Source: Octopus vulgaris (taxonomy: Eukaryota). From it: 64,000 nucleotides of DNA. The position numbers and the translations under genes were made by a program. Positions 52,909 to 64,000 of this stretch are shown piece by piece; within the stretch, counting starts at the first letter, position 1, and each line of letters opens with the position of its first letter. The stretch covers positions 63,612,001-63,676,000 of the forward strand of contig OX597825.1 of the NCBI GenBank assembly GCA_951406725.2. Reading direction: 5' to 3'. The notes under the pieces are model-generated. The model was not told the origin of the DNA, made no database searches, and was given only the letters and a program-made list of their open reading frames with translations.

Positions 52909-54179
52909 TCTATTTACATTAAATTACGGTCCTAATCCGCTAAATTGCCTATATATTTGCCACACTTACGTATTTTTCATTATATCTTAATTTAATTTGC
53001 AATTTAATCAATATACAATATAATTGAATGTTTATTGTGTTCTTTAACTTATAGCTATTTTCTCGAAGATTCCCATACTCGTATTACTCGTCTGTAAGAA
53101 ATAATGTATTCACAACTAGTGGCAGAATTTTATAAATTTACATGATAAATATATTCAAAACCGATTTGCCATCTCTTAGCCATTCACAAAAATGGTGGGG
53201 AAATACAATAGTCTTCTTGTAGATACAGTTCATGCAGGTCAGACACAATATATTGTGTCTATATATTGAACTTATAGAGATATTGGTTTTGAAAACTCAT
53301 TTAGAAAAACCCAACGTTATTCAACACCAACTGGAAACTAACTCAACTTCAGCATATTCCAGCACCGAATTCTAAATCAAATACTATTTCTAATAAAGCC
53401 TAGGCAATGCCATTATCTGAACTCTCGCATTAAAGCTATCGTAAGTCTTACGGTGTTAATATTATAATTACTCTTGTCGAGGCAAAGCTAATTCTGACAA
53501 ACTAAATAATTACCATACCTGGTAATGTATAGATTTTTTGATAACGTTATAGGGCCAGTATGCTGCGAAAAACGAATTGTACTCAATAAAATCCGGAATA
53601 CTTTTGAGCTTAGTAGTATGTGCACAGAACTTGCATTTTACAAAACAACAAGAACGACCATGACGATGACAATATGAACGGCAGTATCAATACATGAAGC
53701 CAAACTAATCTATTCATTTATGAATTATTGTATGAAGTTTCTGCGTCTCAAAAATGAGTGACACTTAAAATAACACGACTTACTTGTTAATTTATTTCCA
53801 GAAGAGTTTTCGGATTCCGTATGACATTTGAAATTGTAAAGTTTAAAAAAATATTTCCCTTTTTTATTCAACCCATATTTCTGCCACCATAGAGATTAAT
53901 TACCATAGGGTACACGGCCACGATTATACCTGACGTGATGAAATAGTGTGAACAGAAACAGTTCTTGTAAATTACTGTTAAAATCTCAAACAATATGTAG
54001 ATGTCAATAGTTTGAGCAACGGAATATATGTCGAAGGAACATTAACCAAAAGATCGCCTCATTTTTCACACAACATTAATATTCGTTGTAAAGGCGACTT
54101 TCGTACTGTATTATCGTTTTTGCAGAATTTGAGCTTCACTGCGTTCCTCATATTCTGGAGATTAAGAATATTAACGAGA

Positions 54180-54397
54180 ATGGTTTCAAAGTTTGGCAAC
54201 CAGGCCAGCAATTTAGAAGTTGGGAGAAAGTGTATTACTTTGGCTCTAGTCCTCAACTGGTGCTTATTCTATCAACCCAGAAAACACGAATGTCTAAGAT
54301 GACCTCCTCAGAATTTGAACTTAAAATGTAAAGACGGACAAAATACCGCTAAACATTGTTTCCAGCTTGCAAATGATTCTGCCAGTTTGCCGCCTTA
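54180..54397 (-). mobile_element. SINE family B, decayed
   Basis: gaatttgaact...aaataccgctaaacatt...gattctgccagtttgccgcctta. Confidence 0.75.
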
Positions 54398-55959
54398 AGG
54401 CTATTGATTTCAAATTCTGGCACGTGGGTACATGGCTAGATTTATTGGGGTGGGGAGGGGTCAGTTTCCTTGGGCATGTAGATTTTGGGGTGGGTCCCTG
54501 CTAGGAAGGGTATGTAGCACTCAATACAGTGAGCCCCTCCCCTCCCAGCAATCAGGCGTGGAGTGGCTCTCTTTGAATATACAAAGGAATTATTGACTTC
54601 TTTAAAATGTAATGGATTTTCTTTTATGATAGCCACTTTAGAGACACCGAATAATTCAATTAAAAGGGAGCTGCTTTGGGGACAACGGAGATAAGGGGAA
54701 CAACTCCTGAAAATATATGTTTGTATGTATCTGTGAGCGTATGTGTGTTTGTGTGTGAGTGTGTAAGTGTGTGAGTATAAATGTTTATGAATATTAAATA
54801 GTAATAGAAACTGGTAAATGGAAAGGCAGGACGATCGGAAATAGTTTTTTGAATAACCCATTTTTGTCACGATTTCCTCCACTTTCTATTCTCTCTTTTT
54901 TTTGTTTGTTTTTGGAGCATTGCAAAACAATGATCGAAAGCCGTTTTGAAACAACAATTTTTTAAATCCATGTCTCTTAAATGTTGGTATCTCTAACCAC
55001 TCTCTTACTCTCTCTCTCTCTCTCTCTCTCTTACACGCACACGCACATTTAACTTGCCTTTAGAACAGCAACAACCACAAATTTCTTTTTTAATTTTTCA
55101 TAATTTTCTGTCGTTTTATCTTATTCTATATTCTGAAACATGTAACTCACATTAAAATAAAAAAAAATCTTACCCACTCTTCCCACTTACATTGTACTTA
55201 TTACAATGAAAGAAAGGTCAAACACTGTAACTATGTGTGAGGAAAACGAAACATAAATTCTGATAAAAGTGTATCTTTAAGTATTTTTCAGTCACTTGTT
55301 TAAACTTTCACAGCTAACTCATCAAATTTGAAATAGACAGTCTTTAACATTTAAATATGGTAAGTTTTTAAGATTTTAATTTTTGCATATAACGGATCCA
55401 CTGAACTTGAATTCCAGCCCACCCGCCCAAGCCATGGCTTAAATCCAGTCTTGCTTGGCCAGCTATTTGGGGAAGGCCATATATCGATTAATTCGAATTC
55501 AATGCTCAACTGGCACGTAATTTGAACTGAGAGTGCTAAGCGTTTTCCCCGACGTGCTAACGATTCTGAAAGCTAGCCGACATGAGAATATTACTGATAA
55601 TCGTACATATTTTCTTCAAAATGGTTGTCAGCAAAACAAATTCAATATTAATAATATGGGAAATCAAATGCGAAACTTGTGCAGGACAAAAATGCTGCAA
55701 AACCAACATCCAGCTGCTCTTATTTAATTACATTGAAAAATTTATTACGCTGCTAAATTTATATTTCTTTTCAATGAGTGTCATAGATATTTTTTTATGG
55801 CAGTCAAGCTTATAGGTAAAATGCAATTTCAAGTATTGCATCTGAATGTATTTCATCTAACAGGTGTTTTCACCATGTTTCGATTCAAAGTATCAAATGT
55901 GTATTTATTGGTATTAATTATACTAATAATATACGATGGGAAAATGGTATTTAGTTATC

Positions 55960-57400
55960 TTTTATAAAATACACTCTTAGCGGAATATGAGATAATTCGT
56001 TACATGAGGTTGGTACACCGACATAGTTCGGGGTTATTATTTAGTGAAGTCATGAGTAGTAACAGTTTTTGTGACGTTTTTGCCCATGGAAAAACTGGGG
56101 TGTACAGAGTTAAAATGGAACTCGGTACTTTGACCTCTTGATAGTATTTATGGGTATTGATGCAGCAGAAGCAGCAGCAGCAGCAGCTATATGGTAATTT
56201 CATGGAGCGTCTGTTAAAGATCTTTCTGTTTCTGTGATTTTCTAGGAAATGCTTATCGAAGAAAGAAAAGAATTTCTTAACTGCGTTGGTTTTAACGTTT
56301 AGGGAGAAGGGCCAACCAAATTATTTTCCGAGGTCTATTCTTTGGTCGCTTTTTAGTTTTCATATTATTACTTGAAGTGTTTTATTATACCCTCACTTAG
56401 AAGACACCGTTAGCTAGGGTATAACAGGAAGCTGCTTTATGAAAAGATTATTTAGAAGAGACATAGGATATCCCATAACCATTGTTAGCTATCAGGTTTT
56501 TAAGCACCATCGCGATCAGTAGGACTGTTTGCGTATGTAGGAAAGTAGGAAAGTTATTTCTTAGGATTATGGTATAGTTTATAAGAGTGAGAGTTTAGAT
56601 CTAAGGAAAGGTGCAAAAATCGACCTTTGACACATTAGTATGCACAATAATTTTAAGGTGTAATTGAAGAAAAGTAGCGATGAGATATTCCTAAATTAAT
56701 CACAGCCATGGAAAATTCCCAGTCGATCGTTTGGGTACGGATCAACATCGTCAAATGGGAATTTGGATATCAATATATTTAATACAAAGAGATCTACAAG
56801 ATGGCAGATATCAGCACTATCATACGATCCCATCGATACATCAAACGACTCATCTCTGTTGGATAATTTAGCAAACGTTGAACTCTTGCTAAATAGAAGC
56901 GTTTTCTTCGCGTGCATGAGTGCTAGGTTAATGTTGCATGCAGGTATTTATCGCAATACTACAAACATTTTCAATAAGGAATGAACATATATACTTGTAC
57001 ACTTAAAAGTTTATCACGAACCCTTTTTTACTTCACAGATGCGCTAGAATAGGTTTGGTTTTTAGCTTTATAAAATAACATGAATATATTTCTAATTCGA
57101 TTTTTTAGGCCCAGTACACGAAACCGTTAATGCTGATTTAACTACGTCATAGGATTCTCCTGCTCTGTCTTTTCCGCGTCTTTTATTGTTTTTCATTGAG
57201 CGTGATTTATTGTCAACTTGTGTCTAATATAACATTATACCTTCACTTTTTCCAGCAAGATTTTCAGTAGTAGTGACGTTGTTAGATTTGTTGTTAAGAA
57301 ACATTTCCATAGATTTCAACACAGTTTCATAATTAGATTGACTGCCCAACAGCTATAGACGTTTATTAGATGCAAACATTCACACTAGATTGCATCTTGC
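55960..57400 (-). mobile_element. Penelope-like retroelement RT remnant, pseudogenised
   Basis: FDVSMGSYDSADICHLVDLFVL...YPNDRL (cf. FDVTMGSYDGAE..GLYRDDGL); PFSLNVKTN...DKHF...KIFNRRSMKLPYSC linker; same lineage type as 7980-9520. Confidence 0.8.
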
Positions 57401-59842
57401 AACATATAGTGATGCGTTTCTTCAAACCAAAAATGATCAAATGCAGTCTATCGAAAGTCGTGGATACGTTTCCAAAATTAATGTAAGATAGATGAGACTA
57501 GACTTGTATTGCTTCTATGCTTAGAGACTATGGAAACAAAACGAATGCATTTGAAAATCACATCATTGTTTGTGCTAGTAGAAGGTGACAATCATTCGTA
57601 TATCAAGTAAGCAGTCCAGTAGAAATACTTGTACATAATCAACACATACTATCCTAAAATGTTCATAAATGTGTTACCTCATTATGTACAATTAGAGTTA
57701 AAATAGACCTCACATGCAATTTATAGCACCGACTGCATCCTATATATTTAGGTTCAGGTAAGTAATTATATGTGATCGGTGGTAAATGTACAAATAGTTC
57801 AATTAAATCAGGCATTGAAATCTTTACAACAAATGTGTCTTGAAATTTCTACTCGATCTATGTTTACTCGTACATGCTTTCTTAGGTCGCATAATGAATA
57901 TTTATTTATCTGGTTGTCAACATGATTTAACCGATACGCTTCAATTGCATCACTTCTTTCCTGTTTTACGATTACATACCATCCTTCACCACACTCATCT
58001 CATACTCCCGATCGACTGTTTTCGTCCAACTGTACCTACTTCTAAGATCCTTAAAAATGGCATAAACCGTTCGTCTCCAGAGTTGTATCTCTTTAGATTA
58101 ATATGCCTTCAGGAACATGTGGCTCTACAGAATTTCAGATTAAATATGAACTGCAGTAATTTCATTTTTCTTAGGGAATATATACAGGTTGTAGTAGCTA
58201 CCTCTCTTTAAGTAGCTAATAAAAGAAAAAAAAAACAACAAAAAAAACAGAGATGTGATTATTTGCATTCAAGTGCGAGTTTGTATCTGAGAATGAATCA
58301 AATAATAAGGGATGTTCTACAGAGACTTCTTCCTTGTTTCGGTATTTATTCACTGCAATATCAGTAAAGCACCGAAACTATCTGAAATAAGAAATATAAA
58401 ATCATTAAGATGCACATTAATTAAATTGCTTTTCCTCACGAACACACTGTCATAAAAGCACCGTCGTACTGAACGCATTCAATGTAGTTGGCAGAATAAA
58501 ATTAGTGAACAATTATATTTTACATTCAGTCAAAGTCGACGCCTTCAACTATATACGCAGTTGTCGGTCGCATGGTAACGTATGGCCTCTTATAACTTAA
58601 ATACTTACGTCTCAGAAAACTTCTAACTACTTCAGTACCTGGTCATTCGTACATAATAGTTTAGTCTAATAATAGTTGTTTGCTTTAGCATTAAAAGTTA
58701 AAGTTCATTCTACAATTTCCTTTATCTTCACTTATGCTTATTTCCACGCATCTTTCTGTTCTAACTCTCTGTGTGACATTAGCTGTTTTTTCCCTATTAT
58801 ATCTCTTGCTTCCGTCTATGCTCTTTCGATGCATCCGGCACAACGCATTAAAATTAAATTTTTCTTCTGAGACACTCAATATCTTGAAAAAGTCTTCTTT
58901 AATATCAGTTTTAACCACTTTGGATTGATTTATTCATTATTTCACCGAAATAATTCAGGTTATTTCGCCAAAAGGGTCAATAAATATATAATATTTAATC
59001 TAAAAAGGTCTGACATCAATAAATTGCTTATAGTTTTAGCCTGAGCAAAGTCCATCAAATATGGAAGTTCGTATTTACTATAAACATATTAAGAGTAAGT
59101 CTACAAATACTGCCAAGTTTCCAGATATCTGTTTTTGCAAGTTTGATATTTAGATAAATTGGGGAACAAATATTGTTAGGTCTACTAAGAACAGAAGAAG
59201 AAAACCAAGGCAAACAAAGCAAAGATATTTATGTCTAGCGATTGGAGGAGACGGCGAATGACAAAAGATATAAAACATGAGGTAATGTCAGACATATAAG
59301 CTTACTCATTTACCATGTTCAGCTCATTGAGCAGAATAAGATAAAATAATCTTATATGTTGGCGTAGGTTAGAAATGTAAAGAATACACCATAGAAAATA
59401 GGAAAATATTTAATTTCAACTTTGTAAACTTATATAACACGATGTAATAATTTTGATAAAAAGACATAAAACATGAGAGAACATTGAAAACGTTCTATAA
59501 TGGGTAGCTACTGAACACTTCTATTATAGGCACAAGGCTTGAAATTTTGGAACATTTTTATTTTATCGGTGTCGACCCTGGAGATGTTTGAACTCATAAC
59601 GTAAAGATGGACCAAATACCGCTATGTATTTTTCCCGGCATACTAACCATTCTGCTGACTAGCCACCATATAAGTAATGGTCTCAAATTTTGGAATAAAG
59701 CCAGTAACGTCGGTGAGAGAGTAAGTCAATTATGTCGACCCTAGTACTCAAATGCTATTTAATTTATCGACCACGAAATGATGAAATGTAAATCGGAATC
59801 GGTGGAAATTTTAAACGCTTCTTTAATGATATTAATAATACC

Positions 59843-60238
59843 ATCTTTTACTTTTTTCAGACATCTCACTGCAGCCATGCAGGGTTTAGTCAAACAAATC
59901 GACCCTAGGATTTATTATTTTTTTGAAGCCTACTACTTGTTTATCGGATCACTTCTGATGAGTGCCTAGCTTACGGGGATATAAACACACCACCACTCGA
60001 TGTTAAGCGGTGCTGGGTGACGAGCAGAGAGATACACACACACACATATATATATATATTGTTGTGTCTAGGGAGAGTCGTTACGCCAATATTATTATAT
60101 ACGTGTGTTTTATTATTTTTTTTCTATTTCCTTCTACCAAATCCTCTTTGGCTGGTCCAAGAAGAAGTCACTTGCCCAGAGTGGCAAGCTCTGAGACTTA
60201 ATCTAGAATCATGTGTTTGAGAATTAAGCTTCTTACCT
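59843..60238 (-). mobile_element. SINE family A, decayed
   Basis: tttagtcaaacaaatcgaccc...ttacggggatataaacacac...cacttgccc. Confidence 0.7.
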
Positions 60239-60272
60239 GATATTTCAGACAGTGGGTTTCGGTATTTCGCAT

Positions 60273-60693
60273 AAGGCGGCGAGCTGGCAGAGACGTTAGC
60301 ACGCCGGGCGAAATGCTTAGCGGTATTTCGTCTGTCATTACGTTCTGAGTTCAAATTCCGCCGAGGTCGACTTTGCCTTTCATCCTTTCGGGGTCGATAA
60401 ATTAAGTACCAGTTACGCACTGGGGTCGATGTAATCGACTAAATACCTATGTCTGTCCTTGTTTGTCCCCTCTATGTTTAGCCCCTTGTGGGTAATAAAG
60501 AAATAGAAATAGGTATTTCGTCTGCGTTACGTTGTGAGTTCAAATTCCGCCGAGGTCGACTTTGCCTTTCATCCTTTCGGGGTCGATAAATTAAGTACCA
60601 GTTACGCACTGGGTCGATGTAATCGACTTAATACCTATGTCTGTCTTTGTTTGTCCGCTCTGTGTTTAGCCCCTTGTGGGTAATAAAGAAATA
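60273..60693 (+). mobile_element. SINE family B dimer, young, with 12-bp TSD
   Basis: TSD ggtatttcgcat at 60261-60272 and 60694-60705; body restarts at ggtatttcgtctg (~60512). Confidence 0.93.
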
Positions 60694-61711
60694 GGTATTT
60701 CGCATTGTGAATGCACTATATATCTCGATGTCTAAACATAGCAGTGACTATATTTATTTGTAAAAATAAAATGGGATAAGGAATCCAGGAGCGTGTTCCT
60801 ATTCCTTGTAATTGTGAACAGGGACATTTAAGAGGAAATAATGTTTTATGATATGTTGGAATGCTGTATTATAATAGTTACTTTTTTTCAGTCGTTCCCC
60901 AGCGACATTATAGTAAATTTCTCAGTTACTTTACAAAAATATGTTTTCTGTATCGAAATCGAAAACAAAAGACGGATTTGTAGAAAGACATACTGCATGA
61001 TTTCGCCGTCTATGAATGTAAAATTTTATCTGGCAGGATGAAGCGGCTGACCTCCCCTGTTCGAAGGTTTATAATGGACGCAGGTTGTGTGTCAAATAGC
61101 TAGCTTGAGGCGGTGGCCTCTTAGAGCTAATCAGCGACAGCTTTAGTCTTATATTTATAAGACTGCCATATAAGTATGGCGATAACTATTAATTTCCAGT
61201 AACGCTGCCGTAATCTCCTTTAGAGAGACTTAGTAATTTTAATATTTCTATTTATCTGTTCAGTATTAACTAAACGAATGCAAACAAGACCAGTATTAGA
61301 CTATACTAATACTAACACAAATATGAAGCATAAAGACAGTTGTTAAACAAAATAATTACAACAAATCATCTGATTAGGTACATATGTATATCTAGCTACA
61401 AATCTATCAGTATGCCTATCTCTTTGTTTTTTTTTTTTTCTTTTCCTATTTGATTATCTTTTCTCGTGCCGAAATGAACTGGGAAAATAAATTAGGTTTC
61501 CCCACAACATATATCATAAATATTCTCACCATTTGATTCTGGACAATTGTCTAGTTATCTATTTAATAGATCTTTCCATTTTCAGTTGTCACAGACTAAT
61601 GTCGATAGATCAAATTCGATAACAATGCTTCGGCGTGTACTGGCTAACCCACGATAAGCATACGACTAGATATATATGCAGTCTTTCCCACTGCCTCCAC
61701 GCTGAGTAGCT

Positions 61712-61758
61712 TCATCATCATCATCATCATCATCATCATAATCATCATCATCAATCAA

Positions 61759-61807
<49 letters not shown>
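61712..61807. repeat. (ATC)n microsatellite
   Basis: Directly visible. Confidence 0.95.
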
Positions 61808-62724
61808 TTTCTTCTTCCTTCTGTACACATATAGGTATATAGATACGCCCATACACATACAGAGATGCAAGAAAACAAATATATACATAGGTGCAAAAAC
61901 ACCCACACATGTATTTGGTATTCTATATAAATTCGATACATGACATTTTGCTCCTACACAAATTGCTTCAATACAAGAACAGCATCTGTTGTAAAATACA
62001 CGTTAACGTAACATACTAATTAATTACTTGCTCATTAGCTGGAATTGAAATCTGAGTAATGCAAGTAATACTTTCCTAAATGATGCTAGCTCTGTTAGTA
62101 CATATATACGAAGCATATTTAAAATTGCACTGCAAAATTTAGTTACTATTATACGTTAGGGTTACGCAACCAGCAGCTAATTGTGATGATAATATCATAA
62201 AAGACGCCTGCGACATAATTTAAAGAGATTGATCATTTTAATTAAGATATAAGAAACTACGTATCACTTACGAATCCAGGATTTAATCAACTGCGTATTA
62301 TAACCACAGCATTTTGCTGTGTCTCTAACTAATCAGTGAAGGATGTTAAAGTTTTCAAAGTAGACAAGATATTTCAATTAATTGTCTTACGGGAAATGTC
62401 AATATTAGGTTGTGATATTGGAAAATGTATCCAATAAATTGGAAAGTATTTCATGAGAACTATTTTGAAATGTAAACATAAGAATTTCGGGAGACATTAT
62501 TGACTAACAATTTCAGTCACTAAAATAGTCGTAATAAAGAGAGAAGAAAAGCTGGAAGATCAAGCGGTTGCAATTTAACTAGACAAATATCATTTATCCT
62601 ATTGTATTAACATGAAATCGATAAATTCTATCACTGAATGTTGTTTTGCTCAGAAAAATCAATAATTCACTTAATACAATTTAAAACAACATTTTATAAA
62701 ACGAATAGTTTTGAATTCATTTCC

Positions 62725-62725
<1 letters not shown>

Positions 62726-62778
<53 letters not shown>

Positions 62779-62786
62779 ATAGATAT

Positions 62787-62823
<37 letters not shown>

Positions 62824-63005
62824 AAGAGAGACAAATGATAGATACATGTATATATACACACATATGTATATATATAGATATACACACAAAGCCATACATG
62901 CATGCCTGTATGCGAGTGTGTCTGTGAGTGTAAGCATATATATAAGGGGGTGTGGCTGAAAATTTCCTGGCTTTAAGGATTTAACGAAAGACCTGATTAG
63001 ATATA

Positions 63006-63077
<72 letters not shown>

Positions 63078-63150
63078 GTATATATATACATATATATATA
63101 GATATATACATATATACATATAAATATATATTTACATATATGCACACACG

Positions 63151-63205
<55 letters not shown>

Positions 63206-63225
63206 TATATATATATACATACATA
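62726..63225. repeat. (TA)n/(GATA)n microsatellite cluster
   Basis: Directly visible. Confidence 0.9.
62941..62996 (+). mobile_element. mariner-like TIR fragment
   Basis: TA-TAAGGGGGTGTGGCTGAAAATTTCCTGGCTTT resembles mariner TAYGAGGG..CTGAAAAGT termini. Confidence 0.4.
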
Positions 63226-63569
63226 TACTGGTTTCTCTCCGTTTCCGTCTGCAAGTCCGAAGCTATAGATAGAAGACACTTGCACAATGTACCCCTCAGT
63301 GACACAGAACTCGGAACCATTTGGATGGGAAACAAGATTTCACACATTGGTCTTCAATGAAGCTGTCGCCGTAGAGTGTGTTACAGATGTACCCATTCAA
63401 TAGGAATTAGCCTATACCAACGAGGTTGTGACGCAAGATTAGGGAACGAACTGCTTTGCTCTTAAGAGGTTTTCACATACTTCGAAAAGTATATATTTCT
63501 GTGATTTTTTGTTAACTAATAATTTTATAGAATTTCTGGAGGAAAACACCATTTTCAAAATATCGATTT

Positions 63570-63767
63570 CCAATTATGGCACAAGATCAGTAATTTCGGT
63601 GCAGGAGATTCACTCGATTACATCGAACCCAGTTTTCGCGTGGTACGACTCCAAACGGACTGAAGGCAAACCTGAATTCGCCGGATTTTGAAATCAATAC
63701 CTATAGCCGAATGAAATAAGGATTATTTTTCCCGTCGTACTAACGATTCAGCCATATCGCCGCCTTA
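63570..63767 (-). mobile_element. SINE family B, decayed
   Basis: tcgattacatcgaacccag...gaaggcaaa...taacgattcagccatatcgccgcctta. Confidence 0.7.
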
Positions 63768-64000
63768 CCATGTGCTAATAACATTACTGTTCAGAGAAAT
63801 TAAGTGTTTAGTAAGAAGTATCCATCCATCTGACTTCCCTACCGAATATTTCTTGCTCGTTTGTATGCCAGTCATCAGACACATCTTCCATACGGTCTTA
63901 ACATAAGAAACCATCATTTCTGGCTAATAATTTCCCAAAGATGACTAACTGGTATTATGAATATTATCCACCCATTATGCTCACGGTTTTCTCCAAAGGT

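Noticed and set aside
54442-54882. 146-aa minus-strand ORF
   Set aside because: Crosses a (CA)-rich tract and has no domain signature

Overview
AT-rich, repeat-dominated eukaryotic non-coding DNA. The SINE families and the extreme (TA)n/(CA)n/(GATA)n/(AAT)n density suggest a coleoid cephalopod, probably Octopus (inference, not database-checked). I found no convincing host protein-coding exon; nearly all listed ORFs are microsatellite or AT-rich artefacts. The window holds at least four tRNA-headed SINE families (my labels A-D) and three Penelope-like (PLE; RT + GIY-YIG) remnants. It also has a decayed L1/Tx1-type LINE, an uninterrupted 3' fragment of an R4/Dong LINE inserted in an (AAT)n tract, a Tc1-type transposase relic with DD36E spacing, mariner fragments and MITEs. 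The most interesting signal is a set of minimal type-I hammerhead-ribozyme-like motifs in different repeats. Each has its own palindromic stem III and its own core variant, including an apparent G3:C8 compensatory swap. There are also several long fold-back structures (41.3-42.5 kb; nested at 47.8-49.5 kb). All calls are from reading by eye, and boundaries of decayed elements are approximate.
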